Shown in pieces: positions 59,518 to 64,000 of a DNA stretch of 64,000 nucleotides. The notes below the pieces were generated by a model that had not been told where the DNA came from, searched no databases, and saw nothing but the letters and a program-made list of their open reading frames with translations. The stretch's first letter is position 1. The number at the start of each line of letters is the position of its first letter. Made by a program: the position numbers and the translations under genes. The DNA comes from Gnetum montanum (Eukaryota > Plantae > Gnetophyta), in contig MNCI01003248.1 in the NCBI GenBank assembly GCA_015680685.1, forward strand, positions 1 to 64,000, read 5' to 3'.

Positions 59518-60807
59518 ATATAAAAAATGTAATGCATCTATATTATAACCATGTATACAAGCGAACACACTACAATGAACTTTTTCTTTCCATTGTTCGT
59601 GTTCTAACCACTATCTAGCGACCAATTTGCTAACCGATAAAGATACTAGAAATTTTTATATTGCAGCATTCCTTGCCCGCCAAAACAAAAATCATAGAAA
59701 CCTTATAAATCCTAATGTTTAGGATGCTTTAATTATAGACATAATTACCATTCAAACAGCATTGGCTAACCTAGCCTTGGCTGACCTTTCTACCCGGAAA
59801 AAAGTTCACCAAATCCAACTTACATCACCCTTCCATCATCCCTCATGCATGGTTGGTTCCCAGGATAGAATCATTCGTTGCGCTGATGCCTTAACACACT
59901 GACAAAAGTCTTGCAAACCTCAAGCATCTAAAACAAAGTGATTAAATTACTAAACAACATTAAATCCCATGGGTGAGTCAACCTAGAAGCTCTTGCAAAC
60001 TTTTGTCCTTGTCCAAAAGTTTAATTAACCGGACAAATATTGGAGTTACACATGGATGGGAGCAACAAAGGAAGAAAGAAAATAAAAAAAGGGGAGGGAC
60101 AAGCACACAAAGCATGCGTGTGGAAAAGAGACGACCAACGTGACATAGCTGCTTCTCATCATTGAATCACTGACAATTCCAAATCTCCAAAGTCACACCT
60201 TTTTCAAACACACTACCTCCCACAAAACAAACAAGCAACATATAAAGTAACCCATAAAATAAAAAGAAAAAAAAAACCCGCCCCCTCTTTTAATTTATTC
60301 GTTTTTTGATCCTTCGATTCGCCACCTAAAAAATATCTCTGTTGAGACATTAAAAATGGCAAAAGGCCGCAGCAACAGAAGGCTGGCCTGCCGTCGATGC
60401 GCTGCTATCCGACGTGGCCTCACGACAGCCGTCCATCTCCGCCATGCCGGCCACATTCAATGTCCGAGAGCGGGGTCGTTACGCGCGGTTTTGGAAAACC
60501 GGAAACCGCCCGACCGCCTGCGTGAAAATGGGTGAAAAGAAAATTAGAAAAACAACAAACGAAATCCGGCCTTTTTTTTCCCGGTGCAGTGGATTCCCGG
60601 GAAGAAAAACAAAACCCAAGAAAAAAAAAAGGGCAGGCATTTCTGTGCGGGAAAACATGGATGACTGAGCAGCAGATTCCTCTTCGCGGAAAAGGCCAGT
60701 GAGCAAGCGAGCAGGTTGCTGCTCCTCTGTGGAGAGGAACTCTCATTGACAGTGAAAAATTGACAAAAAAAAAAAAAAAGAGATTTAGAAAACAGAGCAA
60801 AAAAGAC

Positions 60808-60842
<35 letters not shown>
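60808..60842 (+). repeat. (GA)n microsatellite in the promoter/5' leader of the CCCH gene
   Basis: Directly visible. Confidence 0.9.
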
Positions 60843-61061
60843 TTTGAGACAAGGGAAGCGTGAATTTTTGATATTTGTTTTGATTTTTCCGGGAATTCTG
60901 GGTCGTTTTCAGGTGGAATTCAGGGTGGGTTTGGCCGATTAGATCGACTTCCAAGGTTTCGGCTACCGAAACAGGCACGCATGGGCGGTTTGTGAGGGTG
61001 AAATTGCGAGTGCGATTGACGAAAAATCGTTGCGGCTACGGGTTTGGCTCCGCCTTTTTGA

Positions 61062-63838
61062 ATGGAATATAATGCGGCAGCGGCAGCGGCAGCGGCAGCA
61101 GCAGCAGCAGCGGCTTCCAGTGGTGGGTTTGGCAGGCAGCGGCTGGTGCTCGATCGGGATGTGTGGCAGCAGACCCGGCCCAGCCCTGAATTTGCCCAGG
61201 TCGAAGGTAGTAAAATGGAAGAAATGAAATTATAGCTTTTGCAGTCTCTTTCTTCGCTGTGTGTGTGTGTGTTCGTTTTTTGGCTGTGGATTTTGCATTG
61301 TTTCCCGTTCTGCGATCGTGGGTCGGGCTCTGTTGCTTGCATTGGCCTTTTTCTGGGCCTCTGGGCTGCGAAATTTGTGCTTTTGGGCTGTGGGTCACTG
61401 CTGGAATGGCGGAATTCGGTCGATTTGAATGTGGGCTCTCGTTCTGGGAACCAAAATCCGGGCATTGCTGCTGTGATTTGTGATGGCATTCTTGGAATTC
61501 GGGGAGAGGAGGATGGAGATTTTGGGTTTTGGGGATTTGGCAGGAGTGGGGAAGGGTGAGTGTTTGTGTGAGTTTCGTGGAATCAAGGCAGGAATTTGGG
61601 GTAGATGATATATCTGGTTTTTGATGGGAATCTGTTTTGGGGTCCGAATTAGGAAAATTTTGGTTTCTTGGAGTTGGATTGAAATAGTCGTTGTGCTGGG
61701 ATTGTGGGGGTCAGGTTTGCCAATCTTGGGGCCTTGTAGTTTGGGCAAGGTGGGATCATGTTTTGATCCGGCTATGAGTACGATTGTGGAAATTCAGTGG
61801 ATTGCAAGATTGTTAATTTCACATGGGGTTTGTAGATTAATTGCCGTGATTGAAATGTCACCTGCATTTCCTTTGAAGGCTTTTCAGTAACTTTCACAAT
61901 GCTGTTCCCAGAAGTACTGGGGCATTGGAGGTTTAATTATGGGTTCGACGATGAATCTAGGGAAGACTCAAGTCTAGTATGGCTTCGTATTGTAAGAAGC
62001 AGAAATGGTCAAAATTAATCTTTGTTCGAAAGAATATAATGTATACAGTCCTGCTAACAATCCTTAACTTGCTTAACTGAAACCGGTCCCGGGTGTTTTC
62101 AGGGGAGGAAGGTTATTAGATCTTGCACAGACTGCTGTTTTTTCCACATCATTTCACCTGCTGTTTCATTTGCGACAGTGACAGGTTAGATAACTAGGCA
62201 TGTTTTCAGCATGGCCGGAATTTTTGGAATTCATCTGAGCCAACTGCACATAGAAGCAGGGGAGTTTCAATTTGTTGTTTACGATCGGATAAATGATATA
62301 AGCCATTTAACTCATCTTATTTCTTTCTATAAAGGCCGGCTAAATGTGTATGAATGACACTGAGATGGGTTGTATATGAAAATTGCAATCAATTTTAATA
62401 TCGGATTTAATAATCGATGGAGGTGATGTATATTTCATGGCTTTTGGTGAAAGCCATGTTCCATGGAATGCATATATTGTGTTAGCTAAAGGAAAAAGGA
62501 GTCTGCATTATTCAACCGTTGACACTGTTTTTTGAAATGTTGTACAGAAGCTTTCTGGCCGATGGACCTGCAACATAATGAAGGCATGGATCCAGGAAGT
62601 GGACCTTTCCCAGAGAGACCTGGAGAGCCTGATTGTACATATTATATGCGCACAGGTCATTGCGGCTATGGTGTGAATTGCCGCTATAATCACCCTCCTA
62701 ATAGGAAGCAGGTTCTTCATTTCCCATCCTAAACATCTTTGATGCGTTATGTAAAGTGGCTCGTTCTTTGGCCTTTTTTAATGTTTTAGCTGTATCTTAG
62801 TATGAGGATCGATAATTATTTTTTAGCTTTGAGAATTTGGTATTCTGGGATTTTGTGGGGAATGCACTGCAAGTGTAATACATTCCTGTAGCTTTGTATA
62901 TTACAGCTTAAACTTTTCTGTGCCTTAACACATCTATTTGGGCTATAGCTTGTTTTTATCTGATTGGTGGTTGTCTGTTCCAAGGTGAAGTCTTGGTTAC
63001 TCTCAATCCGTTATGTGTCCATTGTTCTTTTCCTACGTAATTGTTTGGTTTACCTCAACTTCCCTGTATGTCATTGGTGACTTGGACACTTTGTATATCC
63101 ACATTGATGAATTTTGATCTCCGCTACCTATCTGGACTATTTTTTTATCCAAATGCACGTTCTCTTCTTATGCATGCAATTGTTTTGTGTGCACTGATGA
63201 GCACCCACATTTAGTAGTGTTATTATGCAAAAAAAGAAAAAAGGGGGAAAACGCAATCTATATGCAGTACAATGTTATCATGCTTTTAAGTTTCAAGGGT
63301 CAATTTGTTGCGCTGAGTTTCTTTTTTCTTAAATTTACAGGCTGCAGCAGCTTCTAGGAATAGAGGTGACTATCCCGAGAGAGTCGGTCAACCTGAATGT
63401 CAGGTATCTGTTAGAAATGTCTATTTGAGATTTGCAAGCCGGTTCCCCTTATGTGAGATCAAAATCAACAAGTCATAAATTTTTGATGCAAGAAAAAGAT
63501 GTCTTCTCTCTTTCTTACAGGTTATATAATTTGATAAAAATCAACAAGTTATATAATTTGATATATTGTTATTGCTATGTTTTAACGTTTTCTTTTTTTA
63601 AAAATCCTTTTGGCATATTTTTATGCATAGCAGGCCATTTAAAAGCATTATTAATTTTATTTGAACTCTTAATATTTCTGAATACTTACCATAATATCCA
63701 TGGACATGATTTATGCAGTATTACCTGAAGACTGGAACTTGCAAATTTGGTGCTACGTGCAAGTTTCATCACCCGAGAGACAAAGCAGGCACTGCAGGAA
63801 AGGTTCCTGTGAATGTTCTTGGCTATCCAATACGCCCG
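61062..63838 (+). CDS. CCCH (C-x8-C-x5-C-x3-H) zinc-finger protein, ZFN-like, 5' part; join(61062-61206,62548-62711,63341-63403,63719-63838,...) continues beyond the window
   Basis: In-phase GT-AG introns; [67 protein letters not shown]. Exon 1 is MEYN-A14-SSGGFG... Confidence 0.9.
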
Positions 63839-64000
63839 GTTTGTGATTGATTTTGTTTACATGATTGTTCAAATAGAACAATTTTGTACATATTTGTTAT
63901 TACAGAATTTTTATTCTTAAACTGTGAGATTGAACCTCAAAGGTCAAATCTCAGCGTTCTCAATATTTGATATTTTTCTTTGAGTTATGCATTTCAAGTG

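Noticed and set aside
60414-61890. Many overlapping ORFs on both strands around the CCCH gene start
   Set aside because: By-products of a GC-rich promoter, leader and first intron; only 61062-61206 splices in frame to the zinc-finger exons.

Overview
AT-rich land-plant nuclear DNA from a draft assembly (single-N joins; 134-N gap at 31302-31435). The organism cannot be fixed from the sequence. Protein genes rebuilt exon by exon: a PLAC8/CNR-family gene (4423-6731,+), a TBL/PC-esterase O-acetyltransferase (9512-12206,+), two tandem extensin copies that both carry lesions (19870-20436, 22745-23508,+), and the 5' part of a ZFN-like CCCH zinc-finger gene (from 61062,+). About half of the window is mobile DNA. 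One Athila-like Ty3/Gypsy family (TGATG..CATCA LTRs, tRNA-Asp PBS) supplies a decayed full-length copy (38391-49093), a gag-only copy with exact TSDs (29525-35715), a partial copy at the window start and several solo or truncated LTRs. L1 LINE remnants and at least two tRNA-derived SINE-like families are also present. Best candidates for something new: (1) a MIRNA-like Pol II unit on the minus strand at about 13.6-14.25 kb, with TATA box, a 26-aa upstream ORF and a near-perfect 34-bp hairpin that I cannot match to a known family; (2) a tRNA-Pro-headed short repeat that ends in C-rich tracts, either an odd SINE or a Cassandra-like TRIM; (3) a shared module in both Athila-like elements of internal PPT, mini-intron and ATG of an extra ORF; (4) a conserved LTR hairpin that sequesters AATAAA; (5) swappable palindrome arrays at the LTR U3 tip. 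All calls are by eye; no searches or folding programs were run.
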